A stretch of 64,000 bases of DNA from the NCBI GenBank assembly GCA_964016885.1, contig OZ024758.1, forward strand, positions 29,698,001 through 29,762,000, written 5' to 3'. A model generated the notes under the pieces. It made no database searches and had not been told where the DNA came from. It was given only the letters and a program-made list of their open reading frames with translations. Source of the DNA: Eledone cirrhosa (lineage: Eukaryota). The translations under genes and the position numbers were made by a program. Of the stretch, positions 26,901-41,100 are shown in pieces. Position 1 is the stretch's first letter. Every line of letters starts with the position of its first letter.

Positions 26901-29900
26901 TTATTGGAAGTCATGTAAGTCTTTTTGTTGTTGCTATCATAAAATTATTGGAAGTCATGTAAGTCTTTTTGTTGTTGCTATCATAAAATTATTGGAATTA
27001 ATGTAAGTCTTTTTGTTGTTGCTATCATAAAATTATTGGAAGTCATGTAAGTCTTTTTGTTGTTGCTATCATAAAATTATTGGAAGTCATGTAAGTCTTT
27101 TTGTTGTTGCTATCATAAAATTATTGGAAGTCATGTAAGTCTTTTTGTTGTTGCTATCATAAAATTATTGGAAGTCATATCAGTCTTTTTGTTGTTGCTA
27201 TCATAAAATTATTGGAAGTCATGTAAGTCTTTTTGTTGTTGCTATCATAAAATTATTGGAAGTCATGTAAGTCATTTTGTTGTTGCTATCATAAAATTAT
27301 TGGAAGTCATGTAAGTCTTTTTGTTGTTGCTATCATAAAATTATTTGAAGTAATGTAAGTGTTTTTGTTGTTGCTATCATAAAATTATTGGAAGTAATGT
27401 GTCTTTTTGTTGTTCCTATCATAAAATTATTGGAAGTCATGTAAGTGTTTTTGTTGTTGCTATCATAAAATTATTGGAAGTAATGTAAGTCTTTTTGATG
27501 TTGCTATCATAAAATTATTGGAAGTCATGTAAGACTTTTTGTTGTTGGTATCATAAAATTATTGGAAGTCATGTAAGTCTTTTTGTTGTTGGTATCATAA
27601 AATTATTGGAAGTCATGTAAGTCTTTTTGTTGTTGGTATCATAAAATTATTGGAAGTCATGTAAGACTTTTTGTTGTTGCTATCATGAAATTATTGGAAG
27701 TCATGTAAGTCTTTTTGTTGTTGGTATCATAAAATTATTGGAAGTCATGTAAGTCTTTTTGTTGTTGCTATCATAAAATTATTGGAAGTCATGTAAGTCT
27801 TTTTGTTGTTGCTATCATAAAATTATTGGAAGTCATGTAAGTCTTTTTGTTGTTGCTATCATAAAATTATTGGAAGTAATGTAAGTCTTTTTGTTGTTGC
27901 TATCATACAATTATTGGAAGTCATGTAAGTCTTTTTGTTGTTGCTATCTTAAAATTATTGGAAGTAATGTAAGTCTTTTTGTTGTTGCTATCATAAAATT
28001 ATTGGAAGTCATATCAGTCTTTTTGTTGTTGCTATCATAAAATTATTGGAAGTCATGTAAGTCTTTTTGTTGTTGCTATCATAAAATTATTGGAAGTCAT
28101 GTAAGTCATTTTGTTGTTGCTATCATAAAATTATTGGAAGTCATGTAAGTCTTTTTGTTGTTGCTATCATAAAATTATTTGAAGTAATGTAAGTGTTTTT
28201 GTTGTTGCTATCATAAAATTATTGGAAGTAATGTGTCTTTTTGTTGTTGCTATCATAAAATTATTGGAAGTAATGTAAGTCTTTTTGTTGTTGCTATCAT
28301 AAAATTATTGGAAGTCATGTAAGTCTTTTTGTTGTTGCTATTATAAAATTATTTGAAAGTCCTGTAAGTGTTTTTGTTGTTGCTATCATAAAATTATAGG
28401 AAGTCATGTCAGTCTTTTTGTTGTTCCTATCATAAAATTATTGGAAGTCATGTAAGTGTTTTTGTTGTTGCTATCATAAAATTATTGGAAGTAATGTAAG
28501 TCTTTTTGATGTTGCTATCATAAAATTATTGGAAGTCATGTAAGACTTTTTGTTGTTGGTATCATAAAATTATTGGAAGTCATGTAAGTCTTTTTGTTGT
28601 TGGTATCATAAAATTATTGGAAGTCATGTAAGAGTTTTTGTTGTTGCTATCATGAAATTATTGGAAGTCATGTAAGTCTTTTTGTTGTTGGTATCATAAA
28701 ATTATTGGAAGTCATGTAAGTCTTTTTGTTGTTGGTATCATAAAATTATTGGAAGTCATGTAAGTGTTTTTGTTGCTATCATAAAATTATTGGAGGTCAT
28801 ATAAGTCTTTTTGTTGTTGCTATCATAAAATTATTGGAAATCATGTATGTCTTTTTGTTGTTGCTATCATAAAATTATTGGAAGTCATGTAAGTCTTTTT
28901 GTTGTTGGTATCATAAAATTATTGGAAGTCATGTAAGTGTTTTTGTTGCTATCATAAAATTATTGGAAGTGATGTAAGTGTTTTTGTTGTTGCTATCATA
29001 AAATTATTAGAAGTCATGTAAGTCTTTTTGTTGTTGCTATCATAAAATTATTGGAAGTCATGTAAGTCTTTTTGTTGTTGCTATCATAAAATTATTGGAA
29101 GTCTTGTAAGTCTTTTTGTGGTTGTTATAATAAAATTATTGAAGTCATGTAAGTGTTTTTGTTGTTGGTATCATAAAATTATTGGAAGTCATGTAAGTCT
29201 TTTTGTTGTTGGTATCATAAAATTATTGGAAGTAATGTAAGTCTTTTTGTTGTTGCTATCATAAAATTATTGGAAGTCATGTAATTGTATTTGTTGTTGC
29301 TATCATAAAATTATTGGAAGTCATGTAAGTCTTTTTGTTGTTGCTATCATAAAATTATTGGAAGTCTTGTAAGTCTTTTTGTGGTTGTTATAATAAAATT
29401 ATTGAAGTCATGTAAGTGTTTTTGTTGTTGGTATCATAAAATTATTGGAAGTCATGTAAGTCTTTTTGTTGTTGCTATCATAAAATTATTGGAAGTCATG
29501 TAAGTCTTTTTGTTGTTGCTATCATAAAATTATTGGAAGTCATGTAAGTCTTTTTGTTGTTGCTATCATAAAATTATTGGAAGTAATGTAAGTTTTTTGT
29601 TGTTGCTATCATAAAATTATTGGAAGTCATGTCAGTCTTTTTGTTGTTGCTATCATAAAATTATTGGAAGTCATGTAAGTATTTTTGTTGTTGCTATCAT
29701 AAAAATATTGAAAGTCACGTAAGTCTTTTTGTTGTTGCTATCATAAAATTATTGGAAGTCATGTAAGTCTTTTTGGTGTTGCTATCATAAAATTATTGGA
29801 AGTCATGTAAGTCTTTTTGTTGTTGCTATCATAAAATTATTGGAAGTCATGTAAGTCTTTTTGTTGTTGCTATCATAAAATTATTGGAAGTCATGTAAGT

Positions 29901-32900
29901 CTTTTTGTTGTTGCTATCATAAAATTATTGGAAGTCATGTAAGTCTTTTTGTTGTTGCTATCATAAAATTATTGGAAGTAATGTAAGTCTTTTTGTTGTT
30001 GCTATCATAAAATTATTGGAAGTCATATCAGTCTTTTTATTGTTGCTATCATAAAATTATTGGAAGTCATGTAAGTCTTTTTGTTGTTGCTATCATAAAA
30101 TTATTGGAAGTCATGTAAGTCATTTTGTTGTTGCTATCATAAAATTATTGGAAGTCATGTAAGTCTTTTTGTTGTTGCTATCATAAAATTATTTGAAGTA
30201 ATGTAAGTGTTTTTGTTGTTGCTATCATAAAATTATTGGAAGTAATGTGTCTTTTTGTTGTTGCTATCATAAAATTATTGGAAGTAATGTAAGTCTTTTT
30301 GTTGTTGCTATCATAAAATTATTGGAAGTCATGTAAGTCTTTTTGTTGTTGCTATTATAAAATTATTTGAAATCCTGTAAGTGTTTTTGTTGTTGCTATC
30401 ATAAAATTATAGGAAGTCATGTCAGTCTTTTTGTTGTTCCTATCATAAAATTATTGGAAGTCATGTAAGTGTTTTTGTTGTTGCTATCATAAAATTATTG
30501 GAAGTAATGTAAGTCTTTTTGATGTTGCTATCATAAAATTATTGGAAGTCATGTAAGACTTTTTGTTGTTGGTATCATAAAATTATTGGAAGTCATGTAA
30601 GTCTTTTTGTTGTTGGTATCATAAAATTATTGGAAGTCATGTAAGTCTTTTTGTTGTTGGTATCATAAAATTATTGGAAGTCATGTAAGACTTTTTGTTG
30701 TTGCTATCATGAAATTATTGGAAGTCATGTAAGTCTTTTTGTTGTTGGTATCATAAAATTATTGGAAGTCATGTAAGTCTTTTTGTTGTTGGTATCATAA
30801 AATTATTGGAAGTCATGTAAGTGTTTTTGTTGCTATCATAAAATTATTGGAGGTCATATAAGTCTTTTTGTTGTTGCTATCATAAAATTATTGGAAATCA
30901 TGTATGTCTTTTTGTTGTTGCTATCATAAAATTATTGGAAGTCATGTAAGTCTTTTTGTTGTTGGTATCATAAAATTATTGGAAGTCATGTAAGTGTTTT
31001 TGTTGCTATCATAAAATTATTGGAAGTGATGTAAGTGTTTTTGTTGTTGCTATCATAAAATTATTAGAAGTCATGTAAGTCTTTTTGTTGTTGCTATCAT
31101 AAAATTATTGGAAGTCATGTAAGTCTTTTTGTTGTTGCTATCATAAAATTATTGGAAGTCTTGTAAGTCTTTTTGTGGTTGTTATAATAAAATTATTGAA
31201 GTCATGTAAGTGTTTTTGTTGTTGGTATCATAAAATTATTGGAAGTCATGTAAGTCTTTTTGTTGTTGGTATCATAAAATTATTGGAAGTAATGTAAGTC
31301 TTTTTGTTGTTGCTATCATAAAATTATTGGAAGTCATGTAATTGTATTTGTTGTTGCTATCATAAAATTATTGGAAGTCATGTAAGTCTTTTTGTTGTTG
31401 CTATCATAAAATTATTGGAAGTCTTGTAAGTCTTTTTGTGGTTGTTATAATAAAATTATTGAAGTCATGTAAGTGTTTTTGTTGTTGGTATCATAAAATT
31501 ATTGGAAGTCATGTAAGTCTTTTTGTTGTTGCTATCATAAAATTATTGGAAGTAATGTAAGTCTTTTTGTTGTTGCTATCATAAAATTATTGGAAGTCAT
31601 GTAAGTCTTTTTGTTGTTGCTATCATAAAATTATTGGAAGTCATGTAAGTCTTTTTGTTGTTGCTATCATAAAATTATTGGAAGTAATGTAAGTTTTTTG
31701 TTGTTGCTATCATAAAATTATTGGAAGTCATGTCAGTCTTTTTGTTGTTGCTATCATAAAATTATTGGAAGTCATGTAAGTATTTTTGTTGTTGCTATCA
31801 TAAAAATATTGGAAGTCGCGTAAGTCTTTTTGTTGTTGCTATCATAAAATTATTGGAAGTCATGTAAGTCTTTTTGGTGTTGCTATCATAAAATTATTGG
31901 AAGTCATGTAAGTCTTTTTGTTGTTGCTATCATAAAATTATTGGAAGTCATGTAAGTCTTTTTGTTGTTGCTATCATAAAATTATTGGAAGTAATATAAG
32001 TCTTTTTGTTGTTGCTATCATAAAATTATTGGAAGTCATGTAAGTCTTTTTGTTGTTGCTATCATAAAATTATTGGAAATCATGTAAGTCTTTTTGTTGT
32101 TGCTATCATAACATTATTGGAAATCATGTAAGTCTTTTTCTTGTTGCTATCATGAAATTATTGGAAGTCATGTAAGACTTTTTGTTGTTGCTATCATAAA
32201 ATTATTGGAAGTAATGTAAGTCTTTTTGTTGTTGCTATCATAAAATTATTGGAAGTCATGTAAGTCTTTTTGTTGTTGCTATCATAAAATTATTGGAAGT
32301 CATGTAAGTCTTTTTGTTGTTGCTATCATAAAATTATTGGAATTAATGTAAGTCTTTTTGTTGTTGCTATCATAAAATTATTGGAAGTCATGTAAGTCTT
32401 TTTGTTGTTGCTATCATAAAATTATTGGAAGTCATGTAAGTCTTTTTGTTGTTGCTATCATAAAATTATTGGAAGTCATGTAAGTCTTTTTGTTGTTGCT
32501 ATCATAAAATTATTGGAAGTAATGTAAGTCTTTTTGTTGTTGCTATCATACAATTATTGGAAGTCATGTAAGTCTTTTTGTTGTTGCTATCTTAAAATTA
32601 TTGGAAGTAATGTAAGTCTTTTTGTTGTTGCTATCATAAAATTATTGGAAGTCATATCAGTCTTTTTGTTGTTGCTATCATAAAATTATTGGAAGTCATG
32701 TAAGTCTTTTTGTTGTTGCTATCATAAAATTATTGGAAGTCATGTAAGTCATTTTGTTGTTGCTATCATAAAATTATTGGAAGTCATGTAAGTCTTTTTG
32801 TTGTTGCTATCATAAAATTATTTGAAGTAATGTAAGTGTTTTTGTTGTTGCTATCATAAAATTATTGGAAGTAATGTGTCTTTTTGTTGTTCCTATCATA

Positions 32901-35900
32901 AAATTATTGGAAGTCATGTAAGTGTTTTTGTTGTTGCTATCATAAAATTATTGGAAGTAATGTAAGTCTTTTTGATGTTGCTATCATAAAATTATTGGAA
33001 GTCATGTAAGACTTTTTGTTGTTGGTATCATAAAATTATTGGAAGTCATGTAAGTCTTTTTGTTGTTGGTATCATAAAATTATTGGAAGTCATGTAAGAC
33101 TTTTTGTTGTTGCTATCATGAAATTATTGGAAGTCATGTAAGTCTTTTTGTTGTTGGTATCATAAAATTATTGGAAGTCATGTAAGTGTTTTTGTTGCTA
33201 TCATAAAATTATTGGAGGTCATATAAGTCTTTTTGTTGTTGCTATCATAAAATTATTGGAAGTCATGTAAGTCTTTTTGTTGTTGCTATCATAAAATTAT
33301 TGGAAGTCATGTAAGTCTTTTTGTTGTTGGTATCATAAAATTATTGGAAGTCATGTAAGTGTTTTTGTTGCTATCATAAAATTATTGGAAGTGATGTAAG
33401 TGTTTTTGTTGTTGCTATCATAAAATTATTAGAAGTCATGTAAGTCTTTTTGTTGTTGCTATCATAAAATTATTGGAAGTCATGTAAGTCTTTTTGTTGT
33501 TGCTATCATAAAATTATTGGAAGTCTTGTAAGTCTTTTTGTGGTTGTTATAATAAAATTATTGAAGTCATGTAAGTGTTTTTGTTGTTGGTATCATAAAA
33601 TTATTGGAAGTCATGTAAGTCTTTTTGTTGTTGGTATCATAAAATTATTGGAAGTAATGTAAGTCTTTTTGTTGTTGCTATCATAAAATTATTGGAAGTC
33701 ATGTAAGTGTTTTTGTTGTTGCTATCATAAAATTATTGGAAGTCATGTAAGTCTTTTTGTTGTTGCTATCATAAAATTATTGGAAGTCTTGTAAGTCTTT
33801 TTGTGGTTGTTATAATAAACTTATTGAAGTCATGTAAGTGTTTTTGTTGTTGGTATCATAAAATTATTGGAAGTCATGTAAGTCTTTTTGTTGTTGCTAT
33901 CATAAAATTATTGGAAGTAATGTAAGTCTTTTTGTTGTTGCTATCATAAAATTATTGGAAGTCATGTAAGCCTTTTTGTTGTTGCTATCATAAAATTATT
34001 GGAAGTCATGTAAGTCTTTTTGTTGTTGCTATCATAAAATTATTGGAAGTAATGTAAGTTTTTTGTTGTTGCTATCATAAAATTATTGGAAGTCATGTCA
34101 GTCTTTTTGTTGTTGCTATCATAAAATTATTGGAAGTCATGTAAGTCTTTTTGTTGTTGCTATCATAAAAATATTGGAAGTCACGTAAGTCTTTTTGTTG
34201 TTGCTATCATAAAATTATTGGAAGTCATGTAAGTCTTTTTGTTGTTGCTATCATAAAATTATTGGAAGTCATGTAAGTCTTTTTGTTGTTGCTATCATAA
34301 AATTATTGGAAGTCATGTAAGTCTTTTTGTTGTTGCTATCATAAAATTATTGGAAGTAATATAAGTCTTTTTGTTGTTGCTATCATAAAATTATTGGAAG
34401 TCATGTAAGTCTTTTTGTTGTTGCTATCATAAAATTATTGGAAGTAATATAAGTCTTTTTGTTGTTGCTATCATAAAATTATTGGAAGTCATATCAGTCT
34501 TTTTGTTGTTGCTATCATAAAATTATTGGAAATCATGTAAGTCTTTTTGTTGTTGCTATCATAAAATTATTGGAAGTCATGTAAAGTCTTTTTGTTGTTG
34601 CTATCATAAAATTATTTGAAGTAATGTAAGTGATTTTGTTGTTGCTATCATAAAATTATTGGAAGTAATGTAACTCTTTTTGTTGTTGCTATCATAAAAT
34701 TATTGGAAGTAATGTAAGTCTTTTTGTTGTTGCTATCATAAAATTATTGGAAGTCATGTAAGTCTTTTTGTTGTTGCTATTATAAAATTATTTGAAAGTC
34801 ATGTAAGTGTTTTTGTTGTTGCTATCATAAAATTATAGGAAGTCATGTCAGTCTTTTTGTTGTTCCTATCATAAAATTATTGGAAGTAATGTAAGTCTTT
34901 TTGATGTTGCTATCATAAAATTATTGGATGTCATGTAAGACTTTTTGTTGTTGGTATCATAAAATTATTGGAAGTCATGTAAGTCTTTTTGTTGTTGGTA
35001 TCATAAAATTATTGGAAGTCATGTAAGTCTTTTTGTTGTTGGTATCATAAAATTATTGGAAGTCATGTAAGACTTTTTGTTGTTGCTATCATGAAATTAT
35101 TGGAAGTCATGTAAGTCTTTTTGTTGTTGGTATCATAAAATTATTGGAAGTCATGTAAGTCTTTTTGTTGTTGGTATCATAAAATTATTGGAAGTCATGT
35201 AAGTGTTTTTGTTGCAATCATAAAATTTTTGGAAGTAATGTAAGTCTTTTTGTTGTTGCTATCATAAAATTATTGGAAGTCATGTAAGTCTTTTTGTTGT
35301 TGCTATCATAAAATTATTGGAAGTCATATCAGTCTTTTTGTTGTTGCTATCATAAAATTATTGGAAATCATGTAAGTCTTTTTGTTGTTGCTATCATAAA
35401 ATTATTGGAAGTCATGTAAAGTCTTTTTGTTGTTGCTATCATAAAATTATTTGAAGTAATGTAAGTGATTTTGTTGTTGCTATCATAAAATTATTGGAAG
35501 TAATGTAACTCTTTTTGTTGTTGCTATCATAAAATTATTGGAAGTAATGTAAGTCTTTTTGTTGTTGCTATCATAAAATTATTGGAAGTCATGTAAGTCT
35601 TTTTGTTGTTGCTATTATAAAATTATTTGAAAGTCATGTAAGTGTTTTTGTTGTTGCTATCATAAAATTATAGGAAGTCATGTCAGTCTTTTTGTTGTTC
35701 CTATCATAAAATTATTGGAAGTAATGTAAGTCTTTTTGATGTTGCTATCATAAAATTATTGGATGTCATGTAAGACTTTTTGTTGTTGGTATCATAAAAT
35801 TATTGGAAGTCATGTAAGTCTTTTTGTTGTTGGTATCATAAAATTATTGGAAGTCATGTAAGTCTTTTTGTTGTTGGTATCATAAAATTATTGGAAGTCA

Positions 35901-38150
35901 TGTAAGACTTTTTGTTGTTGCTATCATGAAATTATTGGAAGTCATGTAAGTCTTTTTGTTGTTGGTATCATAAAATTATTGGAAGTCATGTAAGTCTTTT
36001 TGTTGTTGGTATCATAAAATTATTGGAAGTCATGTAAGTGTTTTTGTTGCAATCATAAAATTTTTGGAAGTAATGTAAGTCTTTTTGTTGTTGCTATCAT
36101 AAAATTATTGGAAGTCATGTAAGTCTTTTTGTTGTTGCTATCATAAAATTATTGGAAGTCATATCAGTCTTTCTGTTGTTGCTATCATAAAATTATTGGA
36201 AGTCATATCAGTCTTTTTGTTGTTGTTATCATAAAATTATTGGAATTCATGTAAGTCTTTTTGTTGTTGCTATCATAAAATTATTGGAAGTCATATCAGT
36301 GTTTTTGTTGTTGCTATCATAAAATTATTGGAAGTAATGTAAGTCTTTTTGATGTTGCTAACATAAAATTATTGGAAGTCATGTAAGTGTTTTTGTTGTT
36401 GCTATCATAAAATTATTGGAAGTATTATAAGTGTTTTTGTTGTTGCTATTATAAAATTATTGGAAGTCATGTAAGTGTTTTTGTTGTTGCAATCATAAAA
36501 TTATTGGAAGTCATGTAAGTCTTTTTGTTGTTGCTATCATAAAATTATTGGAAGTCATGTAAGTCTTTTTGTTGTTGCTATCATAAAATTATTGGAAGTC
36601 GTGTAAGTCTTTTTGTTGTTGCTATCATAAAATTATTGGAAGTCGTGTAAGTCTTTTTCTTGTTGCTATCATAAAATTATTGGAAGTCATGTAAGTCTTT
36701 TTGTTGTTGCTATCATAAAATTATTGGAAGTCATGTAAGTCTCTTTGTTGTTGCTATCATAAAATTATTGGAAGTCATGTAAGTCTTTTTGTTGTTGCTA
36801 TCATAAAATTATTGGAAGTAATGTAAGTCTTTTTGTTGTTGCTATCATAAAATTATTGGAAGTCATGTAAGTCTTTTTGTTGTTGCTATCATAAAAATAT
36901 TGGAAATCACGTAAGTCTTTTTGTTGTTGCTATCATAAAATTATTGGAAGTCATGTAAGTCTTTTTGTTGTTGCTATCATAAAATTATTGGAAGTCATGT
37001 AAGTCTTTTTGTTGTTGGTATCATAAAATTATTGGAAGTCATGTAAGTCTTTTTGTTGTTGCTATCATAAAATTATTGGAAGTCATGTAAGTGTTTTTGT
37101 TGTTGCTATCATAAAATTATTGGAAGTAATGTAAGTCTTTTTGATGTTGCTATCATAAAATTATTGGAAGTCATGTAAGACTTTTTGTTGTTGGTATCAT
37201 AAAATTATTGGAAGTCATGTAAGTCTTTTTGTTGTTGGTATCATAAAATGATTTGAAGTCATGTAAGTCTTTTTGTTGTTGGTATCATAAAATTATTGGA
37301 AGTCATGTAAGACTTTTTGTTGTTGGTATCATAAAATTATTGGAAGTCATGTAAGACTTTTTGTTGTTGCTATCATGAAATTATTGGAAGTCATGTAAGT
37401 CTTTTTGTTGTTGGTATCATAAAATTATTGGAAGTCATGTAAGTCTTTTTGTTGTTGGTATCATAAAATTATTAGAAGTCATGTAAGTGTTTTTGTTGCT
37501 ATCATAAATTTATTGGAAGTGATGTAAGTGTTTTTGTTGTTGCTATCATAAAATTATTAGAAGTCATGTAAGTCTTTTTGTTGTTGCTATCATAAAATTA
37601 TTGGAAGTCATGTAAGTCTTTTTGTTGTTGCTATCATAAAATTATTGGAAGTCTTGTAAGTCTTTTTGTGGTTGTTATAATAAAATTATTGAAGTCATGT
37701 AAGTGTTTTTGTTGTTGGTATCATAAAATTATTGGAAGTCATGTAAGTCTTTTTGTTGTTGGTATCATAAAATTATTGGAAGTAATGTAAGTCTTTTTGT
37801 TGTTGCTATCATAAAATTATTGGTAGTCATGTAAGTGTTTTTGTTGTTGCTATCATAAAATTATTGGAAGTCATGTAAGTCTTTTTGTTGTTGCTATCAT
37901 AAAATTATTGGAAGTCTTGTAAGTCTTTTTGTGGTTGTTATAATAAAATTATTGAAGTCATGTAAGTGTTTTTGTTGTTGGTATCATAAAATTATTGGAA
38001 GTCATGTAAGTCTTTTTGTTGTTGCTATCATAAAATTATTGGAAGTCATGTAAGTCTTTTTGTTGTTGTAATCATAAAATTATTGGAAGTCATGTAAGAC
38101 TTTTTGTTGTTGCTATCATGAAATTATTGGAAGTCATGTAAGTCTTTTTG
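22650..38150. repeat. Copy B of the ~16 kb intra-array segmental duplication (partner ~900-16800)
   Basis: Same ordered marker series as copy A. The offset changes in steps close to whole numbers of monomers. Confidence 0.88.
34490..36170. repeat. Tandem duplication of a 19-monomer (835 bp) block
   Basis: GTAAAG at 34581/35416, followed twice by the same series (GTGATTTT, TAACTC, TTTGAAAG, TAGGAAG, TTCCTATC, GGATGTC, GCAATC). Confidence 0.88.
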
Positions 38151-41100
38151 TTGTTGGTATAATAAAATTATTGGAAGTCATGTAAGTCTTTTTGTTGTTG
38201 GTATCATAAAATTATTGGAAGTCATGTAAGTGTTTTTGTTGCAATCATAAAATTTTTGGAAGTAATGTAAGTCTTTTTGTTGTTGCTATCATAAAATTAT
38301 TGGAAGTCATGTAAGGCTTTTTGTTGTTGCTATCATAAAATTATTGGAAGTCATATCAGTCTTTTTGTTGTTGCTATCATAAAATTATTGGAAGTCATAT
38401 CAGTCTTTTTGTTGTTGTTATCATAAAATTATTGGAATTCATGTAAGTCTTTTTGTTGTTGCTATCATAAAATTATTGGAAGTCATATCAGTGTTTTTGT
38501 TGTTGCTATCATAAAATTATTGGAAGTAATGTAAGTCTTTTTGATGTTGCTATCATAAAATTATTGGAAGTCATGTAAGTGTTTTTGTTGTTGCTATCAT
38601 AAAATTATTGGAAGTAATATAAGTGTTTTTGTTGTTGCTATTATAAAATTATTGGAAGTCATGTAAGTGTTTTTGTTGTTGCTATCATAAAATTATTGGA
38701 AGTCATGTAAGTCTTTCTGTTGTTGCTATCATAAAATTATTGGAAATCACGTAAGTCTTTTTGTTGTTGCTATCATAAAATTATTGGAAGTCATGTAAGT
38801 CTTTTTGTTGTTGCTATCATAAAATTATTGGAATTCATGTAAGTCTTTTTGTTGTTGCTATCATAAAATTATTGGAAGTCATGTAAGTCTTTTTGTTGTT
38901 GCTATCATAAAATTATTGGAAGTCATTTAAGTCTCTTTGTTGTTGCTATCATAAAATTATTGGAAGTCATGTAAGTCTTTTTGTTGTTGCTATCATAAAA
39001 TTATTGGAAGTAATGTAAGTCTTTTTGTTGTTGCTATCATAAAATTATTGGAAGTCATATCAGTCTTTTTGTTGTTGCTATCATAAAATTATTGGAGATC
39101 ATGTAAGTCTTTTTGTTGTTGCTATCATAAAAATATTGGAAATCACGTAAGTCTTTTTGTTGTTGCTATCATAAAATTATTGGAAGTCATGTAAGTCTTT
39201 TTGTTGTTGCTATCATAAAATTATTGGAAGTCATGTAAGTCTTTTTGTTGTTGGTATCATAAAATTATTGGAAGTCATGTAAGTCTTTTTGTTGTTGCTA
39301 TCATAAAATTATTGGAAGTCATGTAAGTGTTTTTGTTGTTGCTATCATAAAATTATTGGAAGTAATGTAAGTCTTTTTGATGTTGCTATCATAAAATTAT
39401 TGGAAGTCATGTAAGACTTTTTGTTGTTGGTATCATAAAATTATTGGAAGTCATGTAAGTCTTTTTGTTGTTGGTATCATAAAATTATTGGAAGTCATGT
39501 AAGTCTTTTTGTTGTTGGTATCATAAAATTATTGGAAGTCATGTAAGACTTTTTGTTGTTGGTATCATAAAATTATTGGAAGTCATGTAAGACTTTTTGT
39601 TGTTGCTATCATGAAATTATTGGAAGTCATGTAAGTCTTTTTGTTGTTGGTATCATAAAATTATTGGAAGTCATATAAGTGTTTTTGTTGCTATCATAAA
39701 ATTATTGGAGGTCATATAAGTCTTTTTGTTGTTGCTATCATAAAATTATTGGAAGTCATGTAAGTCTTTTTGTTGTTGCTATCATAAAATTATTGGAAGT
39801 CATGTAAGTCTTTTTGTTGTTGGTATCATAAAATTATTGGAAGTCATGTAAGTGTTTTTGTTGCTATCATAAAATTATTGGAAGTGATGTAAGTGTTTTT
39901 GTTGTTGCTATCATAAAATTATTAGAAGTCATGTAAGTCTTTTTGTTGTTGCTATCATAAAATTATTGGAAGTCATGTAAGTCTTTTTGTTGTTGCTATC
40001 ATAAAATTATTGAAAGTCTTGTAAGTCTTTTTGTGGTTGTTATAATAAAATTATTGAAGTCATGTAAGTGTTTTTGTTGTTGGTATCATAAAATTATTGG
40101 AAGTCATGTAAGTCTTTTTGTTGTTGGTATCATAAAATTATTGGAAGTAATGTAAGTCTTTTTGTTGTTGCTATCATAAAATTATTGGAAGTCATGTAAG
40201 TGTTTTTGTTGTTGCTATCATAAAATTATTGGAAGTCATGTAAGTCTTTTTGTTGTTGCTATCATAAAATTATTGGAAGTCTTGTAAGTCTTTTTGTGGT
40301 TGTTATAATAAAATTATTGAAGTCATGTAAGTGTTTTTGTTGTTGGTATCATAAAATTATTGGAAGTCATGTAAGTCTTTTTGTTGTTGTAATCATAAAA
40401 TTATTGGAAGTCATGTAAGACTTTTTGTTGTTGCTATCATGAAATTATTGGAAGTCATGTAAGTCTTTTTGTCGTTGGTATAATAAAATTATTGGAAGTC
40501 ATGTAAGTCTTTTTGTTGTTGGTATCATAAAATTATTGGAAGTCATGTAAGTGTTTTTGTTGCAAACATAAAATTTTTGGAAGTAATGTAAGTCTTTTTG
40601 TTGTTGCTATCATAAAATTATTGGAAGTCATGTAAGGCTTTTTGTTGTTGCTATCATAAAATTATTGGAAGTCATATCAGTCTTTTTGTTGTTGCTATCA
40701 TAAAATTATTGGAAGTCATATCAGTCTTTTTGTTGTTGTTATCATAAAATTATTGGAATTCATGTAAGTCTTTTTGTTGTTGCTATCATAAAATTATTGG
40801 AAGTCATATCAGTGTATTTGTTGTTGCTATCATAAAATTATTGGAAGTAATGTAAGTCTTTTTTGATGTTGCTATCATAAAATTATTGGAAGTCATGTAA
40901 ATGTTTTTGTTGTTGCTATCATAAAATTATTGGAAGTAATATAAGTGTTTTTGTTGTTGCTATTATAAAATTATTGGAAGTCATGTAAGTGTTTTTGTTG
41001 TTGCTATCATAAAATTATTGGAAGTCATGTAAGTCTTTCTGTTGTTGCTATCATAAAATTATTGGAAGTCATGTAAGTCTTTTTGTTGTTGCTATCATAA

